Assembly (NCBI RefSeq): GCF_036365525.1
Contig: NC_090416.1
Location: forward strand, 16,340,945-16,404,944
DNA: 64,000 nt
Source: Heterodontus francisci
Taxonomy: Eukaryota
Direction of reading: 5' to 3'
Shown here: positions 35,575 to 50,168 of the stretch, in pieces
Position numbering within the stretch: position 1 is the first letter of the stretch
Layout of the letters: every line of letters begins with the position of its first letter
Notes under the pieces: model-generated
What the model was told of the DNA's origin: nothing
Databases searched by the model: none
What the model saw: the letters and a program-made list of their open reading frames with translations, nothing else
Made by a program: the position numbers and the translations under genes

Positions 35575-35903
35575 TATGTAGCCTGCTGAGTATTCCGCGG
35601 CAGCACAGTAATAGACGGCGGAGTCTCCCGGTTCCAAGCTGCCGATGGTCAGAATGTGACTGTTACTGGAGGTGTCTCTGGAAGGTTTAAAACGGTCCGT
35701 GAAGCCGGTGCCTCGATAGATGCTACCACTTGGATAGTGGGCTAACACCCACACCGGAGCCTCCCCGGGTCTCTGTCGGTACCAGCTCATGTAGTAACTG
35801 CCCACGTTGCCGTTCTGCATTGCACACTTTAACTCGGAGGTCTCACCGGCGGAGACTGGGTCTGAAATTGGGGTCTGATTGAGGACAGGAACCGCCAGGA
35901 CAC
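35575..35903 (-). CDS. IGL: Ig light chain V exon, cluster 3
   Basis: Open V domain ending YYCAAAEYSAGYI, 329 nt. Confidence 0.96.
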
Positions 35904-36068
35904 CTTCAACACAAAACACAAGAGAGAGAAAAAAAACACATTCAGTTTATTGGAGCAAAAAAACACACTGATAAATAAACAGGCCGGGCTACCAAATCCC
36001 TTTGCTTCCTAATCTAATGGTTTACAAATGAATAATTGAGTAACGTTCTGTTAACATAAGTGTCTCAC

Positions 36069-36117
36069 CTGTTAAATGGAGTAGCAGGGTCCCCAGGAGA
36101 TACATTACTGCAGCCAT
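36069..36117 (-). CDS. IGL: Ig light chain leader exon, cluster 3
   Basis: Same 49-nt leader and donor. Confidence 0.92.
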
Positions 36118-36222
36118 TCCCTCCGGGGGGGAAAAAACCCCGTGAAGAATTAGTGAGCAGGGTTTTACTGTAACTCCAGAAAGTGGATCCAGTTACAGTG
36201 CCGGACAAGGTGAGACCAGTAT

Positions 36223-36365
36223 CTATTATATGAACCTGTATGCAAATACAGGGAGGGTTGAGAGGAGCAGGGGCGGCGGGGGGGGGGGGGGGGGGGGGGG
36301 GGGTGGGGGGGGGGGGGGTGGGAGTGGACCAGACCAGATTTTTTTTATTGAGCCTCTATTGGTCC
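36223..36365 (-). promoter_or_regulatory. IgL V promoter, cluster 3 (octamer 36240-36247)
   Basis: ATTTGCAT plus TATA-like and CCAAT elements. Confidence 0.85.
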
Positions 36366-37243
36366 CCAATTAAACATTTCCATGTATTTATTTCCACCGA
36401 GTTGAGGGTTAATTCACAATAATTTCTGATTTTAACCCCCCCTTCTCATGTCAAGAGTGTGAGATTTAAAAGAACAACTGTAGAAATTGCACATTTTATC
36501 CCAGATGGACAAAAACAAAAGCCCTTCAGAATCCAGTGCCTTAAATTCATCCAGAACAAGTTTAACCCTGCGATCGTTAAGGATTTGTTTTTTTTTATAT
36601 TTGGGTCTGCAATGTGTACTTAAACACATATCTTTATATCCAACACGCTGGTGTTTGCAACAAAGCAGTTCATTGGAAGGATTGGAATGGAAGAGATTGA
36701 CTGGACTGCTTCTCTCAGCTGCTCTTTTTTCCGATCCGCCACTGTACAAGTGCACTGCTTGTCCTGGCGTTTGAGCCGAGTGTAGGGTCAAAACACTCGT
36801 TTCTCACTCAGGCCGACGTTCAGAAACAGCCAGAATCAACTCCAATATCCGTTTTAATTGGTAATGCAACGAGGAGTGAGATTCTGACCGGGCAAGCTGA
36901 CTGCTCGGATAGTTTCTGTGTTGTGTCCGGATCCTGTGTTAAGTCCAGTTTCAATGAAATGTGTTTTCCTGCTGCAACAGTTCCTGCCCTGACTTTTTTT
37001 TTGTTGCAACTAAACCACATGTATCGGAACCTCAGTCCCAGGAATACATTTGTTTTAACATTCCATTTCAGATGTTTTATGTCAATCACTCGATGCCAAG
37101 GGAAAACTTGCAACAAGTAGCTGGTGAGAGGAGTTAGTTTCTTTAAAATGAATATTTTCTATCTTTATTTAAAATTCACTTAATTGGATATGGACATCAC
37201 TTGGCCCTGCCCGCATTTATTGCCCATCCCTTATTCCCGTTGA

Positions 37244-37597
37244 GGGCGGCACAGTGGCGCAGTGGTTAGCACTCCAGCCTCACAGCTCCAGGGACCCGGG
37301 TTCGATTCCGGGTACTGCCTGTGAGGAGTTTGCAAGTTCTCCCTGTGTCTGCGTGGATTTTCTCCGGGTGCTCCGGTTTCCTCCCACAAGCCAAAAGACT
37401 TGCAGGTTGATAGGTAAATTGGCCATTATAAATTGTCACTAATATAGGTAGGTGGTAGGGTAATATAGGGACAGGTGGGGATGTTTGGTGGGAATATGGG
37501 ATTAGTGTAGGATTAGTATAAATGGGTGGTTGAGGTTCGGCACAGACTCGGTGGGCCGAAGGGACTGTTTCATTGCTGTATCTCTAATCTAATCGAA
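37244..37597 (+). mobile_element. V-SINE (HE1-like), unit 3
   Basis: Same insertion at the equivalent site. Confidence 0.85.
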
Positions 37598-38617
37598 AGG
37601 TGGTGGTGGAGCCGCCTTCTTGAACTGCGACAGTGCAGTGGTTTTTGTACAACAGAACTGAGGGCAGTTAAGTGTCAACCACATTGCCGTGTGTCTGGAG
37701 TCACTAGTCGGCCAGACCAGGTGAGGAAGGCAGATTTCCTTCCCTAAAAGGACATTTGTCAACCAGATGGTTTTTTGTTAATGAACATTCAATTTATGGT
37801 CACCATTACTGAGACTAGGTTTCAATTCCAATTTTTCTTTTAATTAATTAGTTGAATTTAAATTCCATGGTGGGATTTGAACTCGTGTCTCCAGAGCATT
37901 ATCCTGGGCCTCTGGATTAGTAATATCTAGTGACATTACTACTACTCCACCTTGTGATGGATCAATATTAATTCTAGAAATGTGATAGGATTTGAGCCAG
38001 TGAAAGGGGGAAGGTGGGAAGAAGAACAGCAGGGAAGGTCTGTGACACGGGTGGAGGGCAGGAGAGATTAAATGACAGAAAGGGTGTCAAGGTGCAAAGC
38101 CAAAGGGAGTGGTAATGAGAGATGTGTCTGGAGGAGGTGTGAATGGCAGGATCAGAACACAAGGTAAAGGAAATAAGAGGTCAACAAGAGAGATAAACTA
38201 ACAAATCAGCAAAGAAAAGGGCAACAAAAATGAGGGCGGGTGGGGGGGGGGGGGGGGTTACAAACTAAAATTGTTGAATTCAGTGTTGAGTCTGGAAGGT
38301 TGTAGAGTGCCCAGTCGAAAGATGAGGTGCTGTTCCTGCAGTTAGCCTCCGATTACTGACGTGTTCAGTCAAGTCAGTGTCGACTAGCTGCCCCCTAGAC
38401 AGAGAATTTGACCCCTCCACCACTAAAAATCCATTTCTGATTGGTCTCCACAGCAGAAACAGACCCATCTCCCTCCCCTCCCACCAGCAGATTCTCTGGG
38501 TCATTTTCAACTAACCCTAACCTGCATTACTATAGAGACCTCAGGATGTCCTAAAGACAGAAAAATAAACACCTGTTTTGAAGTCTGGTCATTGTAACAT
38601 CGTAACCCAATGCACAA

Positions 38618-38765
38618 TGGAAATAAATATTTGGAAATGATTAATTAGGGACAAATATATTTTTAATAAAGTGTTTTCCCCTGCTCCCCTTGACCCCCTC
38701 CCTGTATTTGCATATTGACTAATATATAGATACTAGTCTTCTCCGGGTTCCCGGAGTTACAGTAA
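38618..38765 (+). promoter_or_regulatory. Inverted paralogue of the IgL V promoter, unit 3 (octamer 38706-38713)
   Basis: Same alignment as in unit 2. Confidence 0.78.
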
Positions 38766-39179
38766 TCTTGTTGAAGTGAAAGCACAATTGCTAAATGTGT
38801 GAGAAGCTGAACTCAGCTTTGCCCATGTAGTTGAATGGAGAGTGCACACATGTAGTTAAATGGAGTCATCCACGTATGTAGTTAAATGGAGTCATCCACG
38901 TATGTAGTTAAATGGAGTGGACCAGTGTGCAGTAAAATGGGGTTGTGCACATGTCTAATGGAAAGCAGTTCAGCACCTCTAGGTTCATAGAATCTCTCAC
39001 TTTGCACAGCAGATGTCACATGGCTGCAGCTTTGCCCAGGGAGCCTACCCGGTTCACACAGGATAGGCCAGGTGTTAAAGCAAGAGCATTTGGTGTTGCC
39101 TATTGAAGCTTGCACAATGGTTAAAGGAAAATACAATTAAAGTTCACAAGATGGGAATCTTGTAAAGTGTCAGCCATGG

Positions 39180-39885
39180 CCTCGTGGGTTCAAGTCCCAA
39201 TCCAGAGACTTGAGCACAAAAAACAGTCTCACATTCGCCGTGTAGTACTGAGGGTGTGCTGCACTCTCGGAGGGTCAATACTGAGGGAGTGCGGCACCGT
39301 CGGAGGGTCAGTATTGAGGGAGTGCTGCACTGTTGGAGGTTCAGTACTGAGGGAGTGCTGCACTGTCAGAGGGTCAGTACTGAGGGAGCGCTGCACTGTC
39401 GGTGGATCAGTACTGAGTGAGTGCCGCACTCAGAGGGTCAGTACTGAGGGAGTGCTGCATTGTCAGAGGGTCAGTACTGAGGGAGTGCTGAACTGTCGGA
39501 GGGTCAGTCCTGAGGGAGTGCTGCACTGTCGGAGGGTCAGTACTGAGGGAGTGCTGCACTGTTGGAGGTTCAGTACTGAGGGAGTGCTGCAGTGTCAGAG
39601 GGTCAGCACTGAGGGAGTGCTGCACTGTCTGAGGTGCCATATTCACAAGTCCCCCTCAGGTGGACATTATCGATCCCATGACTCTATTTGAAGGAGAGCA
39701 GGTGTCCTGGACAATATATATTCCAACATTAACACCTAAAGCTGTAACTGGTCATTATCACATTGCTATTTGTGGGAGCTTGCTGTGTAAATGACTGACA
39801 GATTTCCTGCATTTCAACAGTGACTACACTTCAAAACACACTTCAAAAGTACGTCATAAGATGTAAACCACTTTGGGGCAGCCTA
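39180..39885 (+). mobile_element. DeuSINE with 30-bp minisatellite, unit 3
   Basis: As in unit 1. The array spans about 39243-39633. Confidence 0.75.
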
Positions 39886-40237
39886 GTGATCAGACCTCTC
39901 TGTCTCTCCATCTGTCTATCTGTCCATNNNNNNNNNNNNNNNNNNNNNNNNNNNNNNNNNNNNNNNNNNNNNNNNNNNNNNNNNNNNNNNNNNNNNNNNN
40001 NNNNNNNNNNNNNNNNNNNNNNNNNNNNNNNNNNNNNNNNNNNNNNNNNNNNNNNNNNNNNNNNNNNNNNNNNNNNNNNNNNNNNNNNNNNNNNNNNNNN
40101 NNNNNNNNNNNNNNNNNNNNNNNNNNNNNNNNNNNNNNNNNNNNNNNNNNNNNNNNNNNNNNNNNNNNNNNNNNNNNNNNNNNNNNNNNNNNNNNNNNNN
40201 GCGATCTATCTATCTATCTGTCTATCGATCGATCTAT

Positions 40238-40477
40238 CTCGGAGGGCGGAGTTCCAGACCGGGAAATCTAAAAAACTGACTTCGGGGATTCTCGGACAGC
40301 CTCGGAGGGCGGAATTAACCTCGGGGATTCTCGGACAGACTCGGAGGGCGGAGTGAACCTCGGGGATTCTCGGACAGACTCGGAGGGCGGAGTTAACCTC
40401 GGGGATTCTCGGACAGACTCGGAGGGCGGTGTTCACTTCGGGGATTCTCGGACAGACTCGGAGGGCGGTGTTCACCT
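40238..40477 (+). repeat. 39-bp CpG-rich minisatellite (about 5 copies)
   Basis: Same monomer. Confidence 0.92.
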
Positions 40478-40529
40478 CGATGGGTCGAAGGGCCTGTTTC
40501 AGTGCTGTATCTCTAAATAAAAAATAAAA

Positions 40530-43500
40530 ATAAATAAAATAATATTTATAGTCGAAATCTAGCACTGGGGACCATATCGTTAAATATAACAATTTAGTAA
40601 GGATTTAATAAGTATTTATTTTATATTAATTAACTAATTAGTGATAGAAATGTCAGTTAAAGGGGTGAAGTGCTTCACCTGTGAGATGTGGGAAGTCCGT
40701 GACACTTCCAGCATTCCGGGCGACTCCGCCTGCAGGAAGTTTACCCAGTTGCAGCTCCTCACAGACCGCATGGATCGGTTGGAGCGGCAACTGGATGCAC
40801 TTAGGAGCATGCAGGTGGCAGAAAGCGTCATCGACAGGAGTTTTAGAGAAGTGGTTACACCCAAGGTGCAGGCAGATAGATGGGTGACCGCTAGAAGGGG
40901 CAGGCAGTCAGTGCAGGAATCCCCTGTGGCTATCCCCCTCTCTAACAAGTATACAGTTTTGGATACTGTTGGGGGGGGATGGCCTATCAGGGGAAAACAA
41001 CAGCAGCAGCCAGAGCAGTGGCACCACGGCTGGCACTGTTGTTCAGCAGGGAGGGACAAAGCGCAGAAGAGCAATAGTTATAGGGGACTCTGTAGTCAGG
41101 GGCACAGATAGGCGCTTCTGAGGACGTGAAAGAGACTCCAGGATGGTATGTTGCCTACCTGGTGCCAGGGTCAATGATGTCTCTGAACGGACAGGGGGCA
41201 TTCTGAAGGGCGAGGGTGAACAGCCAGAGGTTGTGGTACACATCGGTACCAATGACATAGGCAGGAAGAGTGATGAGGTCCTGCAGGGGGAGTTTAGGGA
41301 GTTAGGTAGAAAGTTAAAAAAACAGGATTCTGGGGTTGTAATCTCTGGATTATTCCCTGTGCCACGTGCCAGAGAGGCTAGAAATAGGAAGATAGTGCAG
41401 CTAAACACGTGGCTGAGCAGCTGGTGTAGAAGGGAGGGTTTCAGATATCTGGACCATTGGGCTCTCTTCAGGGACAGATGGGACCTGTACAAGAAGGACG
41501 CGTTGCATCTAAACTGGAGGGGCACTAATATCCTGGCTGCAAAGTTTGCTAGCGTCACTCGGGAGGGTTTAAACTAGTGTGGCAGGGGGATGGGAACCAG
41601 AACAGTGGGACAGCTAGAAAAATAAATGAGGAGGACAGAGTAAATAAGGCCAGTAAGACTAAGTGGAAGAGCAGGCAGGGAGATGTTGCTGAGCACAGCG
41701 GGACTGGTGCTCTGAAGTGCATTTCTTTCAATGCGAGTAGTATAACAGGTAAGGCAGATGAACTTAGAGCTTGGATTAGTACTTGGAAATATGATGTTGT
41801 TGCTATTACAGAGACTTGGTTGAGGGAAGGGCAGGATTGGCAGCTAAATGTTCCAGGCTTTAGAAGCTTCAGGCGGGATAGAGGGGCATGTAAAAGGGAT
41901 GGGGGAGTTGCATAACTGGTTAAGGAGATTATCACAGCTGTCCTGCGGGAGGACACCTCAGAGGGGTCATGCAGCGAGGCAATATGGGTGGAGCTCAGGA
42001 ATAGGAAGGGTGCAGTCACGATGTTGGGGGTTTACTACAGGCCTCCCAACAGCCAGCGGGAGGTAGAGGAGCAGATCAGTGGACAGATTTTGGAAAGATG
42101 TAAAGGTAACAGGGTTGTGGTGGTGGGTGATTTTAACTTCCCCTATATTGACTGGGACTCACTTAGTGCTAGGGGCTTGGATGGGGCAGAATTTGTGAGG
42201 AACATCCAGGAGGGCTTCTTGAAACAGTATGTAGATAGTCCAACTAGGGATAGGGCCATTCTGGACCTGGTATTGGAGAATCAGCCCGGCCAGGTGGTCG
42301 AAGTTTCAGTGGGGGAACATTTCGGGAGCAGTGACCATAATTCCATATGTTTTAAGGTACTTGTGGATAAGGATAAGAGTAGTCCTCGGGTGAAGGTGCT
42401 AAATTGGGGGAAGGCTAATTATAACAATATTAGGCAGGAATTGAAGAATTTAGATTGGGGGGGCGGCTGTTTGAGGGTAAATCAACATCTGACATGTGGG
42501 AGTCTTTCAAACGTCAGCTGATTAGAATCCAGGACCAGCATGTTCCTGTGAGCAAGAAAGACAAGTTTGGCATGTTTCGGGAAATTTGGATAACACTGGA
42601 TATTGTGAGCACAGTCAAAAAGAAAAAGGAAGCATTTGTAAGGGCTGGAAGGTTAGGAACAGACGAAGCACTTGAGGAATATAAAGACAGTGGGAAGGAA
42701 CTTAAGCAAGGAGTTAGGAGGGCTAAAAGGGGTCATAAAAGGTCATTGGCAAACAGGATGAAGGAGAATCCCAAGGCTTTTTATACATATACAAAGAGCA
42801 AGAGGGTAACCAGGGAAAGGGTTGGCCCACTCAAGGATAGAGATGGGAATCTATGTGTGGAGCCAGAGGAAATGGGCGAGGTGCTAAATGAGTACTTTGC
42901 ATCAGTATTCACCAAAGAGAAGGACTTGGTGGATGATGAGCCTAGGGAAGGGAGTGCAGATAGTCTCAGTCATCTCATTATTAAAAAGGAGGTGGTGTTG
43001 GGTGTCTTGCAAAGCATTAAGGTAGATAAGTCCCCAGGGCCTGATGGGATCTACCCTAGAATACTGAGAGAGGCAAGGGAAGAAACTGATGGTTTCTTGT
43101 CAGAAATCTTTGCATCATTTTTGGCTACAGGTGAGGCCCCAGAGGACTGGAGAATAGCCAATGCTGTTCCTTTGTTTAAGAAGGGTGGCAAGGATAATCC
43201 AGGAAATTATAGGCCGGTGAGCCTTCCGTCAGTGGTAGGGAAACTATTAAAGAGGATTATACGGGACAGGATTTACTCCCATTTGGAAACAAACGAACTT
43301 ATTAGTGAGAGACAGCATGGCTTTGTGAAGTGGAGGTTGTGTCTTACTAATTTGATTGAGTTTTTTGAGGAAGTGACGAAGATGATTGATGAGGGAAGGG
43401 CAGTGGATGTTATCTATATGGACTTTATTAAAGCCTTTGAGAAGGTCCCGCATGGCAGACTGGTACAAAAGGTAATGTCACATGGGATCAGATGTGAGCT

Positions 43501-44605
43501 GGCAAGATGGATACAGAACTGGCTCGGTCATAGAAGACAGAGGGTATCAGTGGATGGGTGTTTTTCTGAATGGAGGGATGTGACTAGTGGTGTTCCGCAG
43601 GGATCAGTGCTGGGACCTTTGCTGTTTGTAGTATATATAAACGATTTGGAGGAAAATGTAGCTGGTCTGATTAGTAAGTTGGCGGACGACACAAAGGTTG
43701 GTGGAGTTGCAGATAATGATGAGGATTGTCAGAGGATACAGCTGGATATAGATCGGTTGGAGACTTGGGTGGAGAAATGGCAGATGGAGTTTAATCTGGA
43801 CAAATGTGAGGTAATGCATTTTGGAAGGACTAATGCAGGTGGGAGGTATACAGTAAATGGCAGAACCCTTAGGAGTATTGACAGACAGAGAAATCTGGGC
43901 GTTTCGGTCCACAGGTCACTGAAAGTGGCAACGCAGGTGGATAAGGTAGTCAAGAAGGCATACGGCATGCTTGCCATCATTGGTCGGGGCATAGAGTATA
44001 AAAATTGGCAAGTCAAGTTGCAGCTGTACAGAACCTTAGTTAGGCCACACTTAGAATATTGCGTGCAATTCTGGTCGCCGCACTACCAGAAGGACGTGGA
44101 GGCTTTGGAGAGGGTACAAAGGAGGTTTACGGATGCTGCCTGGTCTGGAGGGCATTAACTATGAGGAGAGGTTGGAAAAAGTCGGATCGATTTCACTGGG
44201 ACGACGGAGGTGGAGGGGCGACATGATCGAGGTTTACAAAGTTATGAGCGGCATGGACAGAGTGGATAGTCAGAAGCTTTTTCCCAGGGTGGAAGAGTCA
44301 GTTACTAGGGGACATAGGTTTAAGGTGCGAGGGGCAAAGTTTAGAGGGGATGTGCGAGGCAAGTTTTAGACACAGAGGGTGGTGAGTGCCTGGAACTTGC
44401 TGCCAGGGGAGGTGGTGGAAGCAGATACGATAGCGATGTTTAAGAGACATCTTGACAAATACTTGAATAGGAAGGGAATAGAGGGATATGGGCCCCGGAA
44501 GTGCAGAAGGTTTTAGTTTAGGCAGGCATCAAGATCGGTGCAGGCTTGGAGGGCCGAATGGCCTGTTCCTGTGTGGTACTGTTCTTTGTTCTTGTTCTTT
44601 GTTCT
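40530..44605 (+). mobile_element. CR1-clade LINE, unit 3 (longest open RT segment, 42455-44158)
   Basis: 567-aa ORF with GVPQGSVLGPLLF and YINDL...LADD. Confidence 0.93.
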
Positions 44606-47600
44606 CTCTGTCTATCTCTCCATCTCTCTGTCTATCTATCTGTCTATCTATCTATCTGAGTATCTCTCTATCGATTTATCTATCTGTCCATATCTATCTA
44701 TCCATGTCTCTATCTATCTGTCTATCTATCCACCTGTCCATCTCTCTTGCTCTATCTATTTGTCTGTCTGTCCATCTCTATCTATCCGTCTGTCCATCTC
44801 TGTCTGTCTGTCTGTCTATCCCTCAGTACTGACCCTTTGACAGTGCGGCACTCCCTCAGTACTGACCCTTTGGGAACTGAATATTCCAGGGTATTTGACA
44901 GTTTGGAATGACAGGAAGCAAGGAAAAGGAGGTGGTGAAGCTCAGTTAATAAAGGATGAGATCAGTACAGTCGTGAGAAATGATCTTGGCTCAGAAAATC
45001 AAGATGTGGAATCAGTTTGGGTGGAGATATGAAATAGCAAAAATTCATACAGGAGCTGCACTGTCGGACAGAGTATAAATCAAGAAATCAAGGGGGGGTT
45101 TGTAGGAAAATACTGCAGTAATCCTGGGTAATTTTAATCTTCATATAAATTGGAGTAATCAAACTGGTAAAGTTAGATAGAGGATGAGTTCATGGAGTGT
45201 ACTCAGGACAGTTTCTTAGAACAATACATTCTGGAACCAACATGGGAGCAGGATATTTTAGACCTGGTAATGTGTAAGGAGACGGAATTAAATAATGACC
45301 TCTTAGTAAAGGAAGAATAGAAAAGCAGAATATTATTTACATGGAGAGAGACTGCAGAATGCTGCAGTACAGAGGGATCTGGGTGTCCTTGTACATGAAT
45401 CACAAAATGTTAACATGCATGTTCAGCAAGTAATTAGGAAGAGAAATGGAATGTTGATATTTATTGCAATGGGGATGGAGTATAAAAGTAGGGACATCTT
45501 GCTACAACTGTACCGGGTATTGGTGAGACTGCACCTAGAATACTGCATACAGTTTTGGTCTCCTTATTTAAGGAGGGATATACTTGCATTGGACGCAGTT
45601 CAGAGAAGGTTCACTTGGCTGATTCCTGGGATGAAGGGATTGTCTTATGAGGAAAGGTTGAGCAGGTTGGGCCTGTACTCATTAGAGTTTAGAAGAATGA
45701 GAGGTGATCTTATTGAAATGTGTAAGGTTCTGAAGGGGCTTGACGGGGTAGATACTGAGAGGATGTTTCCCCTCGTGGGGCAACCTAGAACTAGGGGGAA
45801 CAGTTACAGAATACGGGGTCTCCCATTTAAGACGGAGATGAGGAGGAATTTCTTCTCTGAGGGTCATTAATCTTTGGAATTCTCTTCCCCAGGGAGCAGT
45901 GGAGGCTGGGTCATTGAATATATTCAAGGCTGAGTTGGAGAGTTTTTTGATCTACAAGGGAGTTGAGGGTTATGGTGGGGGGCAGACAGGAAAGTGGAGA
46001 TAAGGTCACAATCAGATCATCCGTGATCTTATCGAATGGCGGAACAGGCTCGATGGGCCGAATGGCCTTCTCCTGTTCTTATTTCTTATGCTTTTATGTT
46101 GAAGATATCGTACCTGCTGTATTCAATAGCTGTCCAGGTCTTTAAAGCCCAAAGTGGCCGTAACTGTTCCTATCTGTGCAGAGACACCTTGGCAGTAATA
46201 TAATATAATGAAAATGGCCTGGCTGAAACTCCCCGGGTCTGGATATCTCAGTACAGATCGGGGAAGGGGTGGTGGGAGTGCTGGAATCTGGGCCTTCCCA
46301 GCAAGTGTCCTGTAAGGGAACTGAATGACCTCAACGAAGGAACGAGTTCACAGAGGGAGATGAGGCTGATGTGATTGTAGTGTGTGCGAACAAGAGGAGG
46401 CCATTCAGCCCTTCGAGACTGCTGTGCCATTCCATTAGATCATAGCTGGTCTGTACCTTAACCCCATATACCCTGCTTTAGCTCCATAGTCCTTGCTGCC
46501 CTTACCCAATAAAAATCTATCAACCACAATCTTTATAACTCCAATTTTTAATGAAGTGCATTTCTATAGCGTCTTTCACAACCTCAGGATGTTCCCAAAG
46601 TGCTTCGCAGCCAATGAAATACCTTGAAAAGCAATGTTGGGAAATGAAGACTGGGATGTAGAGCAGGAGGAGTTCAGTTCAGTTCTCCTGAGGGGCCCAG
46701 TCCAGATAATGGGTTGTTTTGTTATAAATGTGTGACGTGTCCAAGAATGTAACCGTTTAACGGTGTTTCTCGGATTTCCGTCCTGTTTCTGTGTGTTTCA
46801 GAGCAGGGGAACTGGGCCCAGATGCTGCTACTCTCTGCTGCTTATCAGACAGTGAACAGGGATGTTTCGGTTCCTCCCCGAGGCTCCTCTCCCACCCCCT
46901 GCAGCGAGTGACCACACCACCTGCACCACATCACAAACAAGACAAAAACAGCATCGATTTGGGTATCAGGATCTAAAATAAGGCTTTCAGAACACCGCCC
47001 AGGTCCCCTGTGGTTGATGACGAGGGCCTGATCTGAGCTGCATTCAGTGCCATTCTCAGACCCAGTCTGGAACCTGGCTGTTCGGCCATGTGAATCATCA
47101 ACATTGTGGATTTAACTGGACGGATAAACGTTTGATTGCCTTTAAGATACTCCTTAAAACCTACCTCTTTGACCGAGCTTTTGGTCACCTGCTCTAATAT
47201 CTCCGAATGTGGCTCAGCATTAAACTTTGTTTGCTGACACTCCTTGCGACGTTTTATGACATTAAAGGCGCCATATAAATGCAGATTGGTTGTTGTTTGC
47301 AAATGACAATTCGTTGAAGACCTTAATAACTAACCGACTGCAGGCCATGAAGTACATCAACTAAAGCCACAATTAAAACTCAAGGCTTCTGATGTAAGTA
47401 CAGTACTGAAGGAATACCGCACTGCCGGAGGGGCTATCTGTCACTTGGAATCTGCCCTCTGTTAAAGATACTGCAACCCCTATTTAGAAAAAGAGTTGGG
47501 AATTCTCCCCCATCCCCGTGTCTTGGCTGATATTTATCCTTCAATCAATATCACAAAAAAAAATCACCTGGGTCATTATCTCATTGTTATGTGTGTGGGA

Positions 47601-49839
47601 TCATGCTGTGCACAAATTGGCTGCTGTGTTTCCTACATTACAACAGTTGACTAGACTTCAAAAAAAAATACTTGGTTGGCTGTAAAGCGCTGTGGGACAT
47701 TCTGAAGCTGTGAAAGGAGGCTCACTGTCACCTTCTCAGGGGGACAACTAGTGATGGACAATAAATGGCTGGTCTTACCAGAGATGCCCACATCTCGAGA
47801 ATGAAGAAGTGCAGGTTCTGTCTCTCTGGACGCTGTGATGTCCCCTTGTAAAACATATTGAAACTAAATAGCATCCTCAGACTCGAGATGGGGATTAAAC
47901 CTGCATTTAATACCTCTTTCAGTGCGTGGCCCCTTTAAGGTGTGCTGAGGGACTGGGCTTTTCCAGCACTCTCTGTCCATTTACTCTTTGAGGTGATGCA
48001 ACCGATACCCACTCCACAGCCGGAGGCTCAGTTAACAGCCCTTCCCTCTTATGGCCCCTAGTTCTGCTCTCACCCGCAAGTGGAAACGTCTCGCCTTATC
48101 GAGTCCTTTCATAACCTTAAAGGGCTCCATCAGGTCCTACCCTCCCCCCCTCTCAGTCTTCTCTTTTCAACCTATCCTGGTAGCCTATCTCAGTACTGGT
48201 ACCATCCCAGCACATCTTTTCTTGCACCTTCTCCAGTGTCATTTTATAACATGGAGACAGGAACAGTGCACAGTAATTCCAAGTGTGGTTTAACTGAGGT
48301 TCCCTACAAGTTTGACTTAATGTATCTGCTTCTCAATTCTATCCCTCGAGAAATTAACCCCGGTGTTTGGATTGCTTTTTATAAGGCCTTATTCAGCAGC
48401 ATTGCTGCAGTTACTCTATAACCCTCGATCCACAACCCAATTTAGACTCTTTCTTCCCCACCTCCCCCTCCCTCCAGGACTAGGTGACCTCATTCATCCT
48501 CCCAAAAAGTAGCACCTCACACTTATCCATACTGACCTTCATTTGCCAATTACACACCCATTCTGCATGTCACTTCATGTCCTGTCATTTGTGATGGACC
48601 TAATATTAACTGCAGCCTCCCCCAATTTGGAGTCATCAGCAAACTCTCAAATTGTACCTGGGGCTAGTCTGTCCCGTGCCATCCCATCTCTCGGACCGGG
48701 ATAGTGAGCAGTTCTCCCTGGGAGGGACGGTATTTTATTCCAAACAGAGGGTTTTCCTGTAAATCACATACAATGATGGTCTAGTATGGGAGAAACTACA
48801 CTTTAGGATGGGAGGGTTGTTGAGAGGGTGCAGAGGAGGTTGACCGGAATGGTTCCAGGGATGGGGGAATTCTAGTGATAAGGTCAGCCTGGAGAAGCTG
48901 GGATTGTTTTCCTTGGAGCGAAGGAGATTGCAGGGAGATTTAATAGAGGTGGACAAGATTATGACAGATCTGGATAGAGTAGACAAGGAAAAAGAGTTCC
49001 CATTAACTGATGGTACTAGGGCTAGGGGACACAGATTGAACGTTTTGGGCAAGGGATACAAGGGTGGGGGGAGGATGTGAGGAAGAATTTATTTATTTTT
49101 AAATGCAGTGAGTGACAATGACCTGGAACTCACTGCCTACCATGGTGGTGGAAGCTGGAGACAATGATTTCAGTAACAAACTGGGGTGGGGGGGGGGGGA
49201 CACTTGAAGGAAATAAATTCGCAGGGGGCCACGGGGGTGCGGAGAGTGGGACTGACTGGATTGCACTACGGGGAGCTGGCACGGACCCGAGGGGCCGAAT
49301 AGCCTCCTTCTGTGCCAGAAATGAAATCGAATTCGTTTAAAATAGTTAACTCTGCTTGAATATTTTTTTTTAAATCTGCCCAAAAGAAAATTCCTCTAAT
49401 CGCCATTATTCGTACAGTTAACCACTGACTTGCACCAATATCCACCTCAACTCACCCCCAAACCCCCACAAAAAAATAACAGAGCAATTTGAATTCATGT
49501 CATCTTTATTAAAACAGTCACACACAGAGAGATACACTTTTCAATTCTAACAAATGGTACTACTGAGAGTAAGGAGAGAGGGAGCAGAACCCATCCAGCT
49601 CCAAATGGGAATGTACTCCCGGGATAGGTGGTCCTGATATTCACTGTCACCCACCTGCGCCCCCCAGTTAAAATTGGATCCAAAATTGGATCGTTAAACT
49701 GCGATTGAAGTGACTGTTTCAACATCGTTGGCCACATTTGCTACAGTGATTACATTGTAAAACAACAACAACAACATTCCACATATTGAATAATATTTCA
49801 TCAGCAATAAATCAAACTCTAAGCCCCAGCTGCCCCCTC

Positions 49840-50168
49840 TCAGTCGGAACAAGCGGTGGAGCTGATGGTTTTGAGGAGAGGTGAGCTCAGAGAGCCGTGA
49901 TCCACACTGCAGGTATAGCTGGAGCCCTTATTCCAGGCAGTGGCGGGGACTCTCAGGTAACTGCTCAGGCTGTAGGTTTGATCACTGTCCGTGGACACAG
50001 TGCCTGTGGTCACCCCGCTGTCTGTCTCTTTATCATCCACTCTCCAGAGAACCCGCACGAAACCCGGCTTAAAGCGGCTCACCAGGCAGGACAGAGTAGC
50101 CCATCCCGAGTCTATTTCTTCTGAGGAAGGAGGGAGCAGGAGAACTGATGGTTTCCGATCCTCACTAC
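49840..50168 (-). CDS. IGL: Ig light chain constant exon, cluster 4
   Basis: Same protein as cluster 1. Only silent changes were noticed. Confidence 0.96.

Larger units (their letters stand above)
33029..49377. repeat. Tandem segmental unit 3
   Basis: Colinear copy, 16349 bp. Confidence 0.97.
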
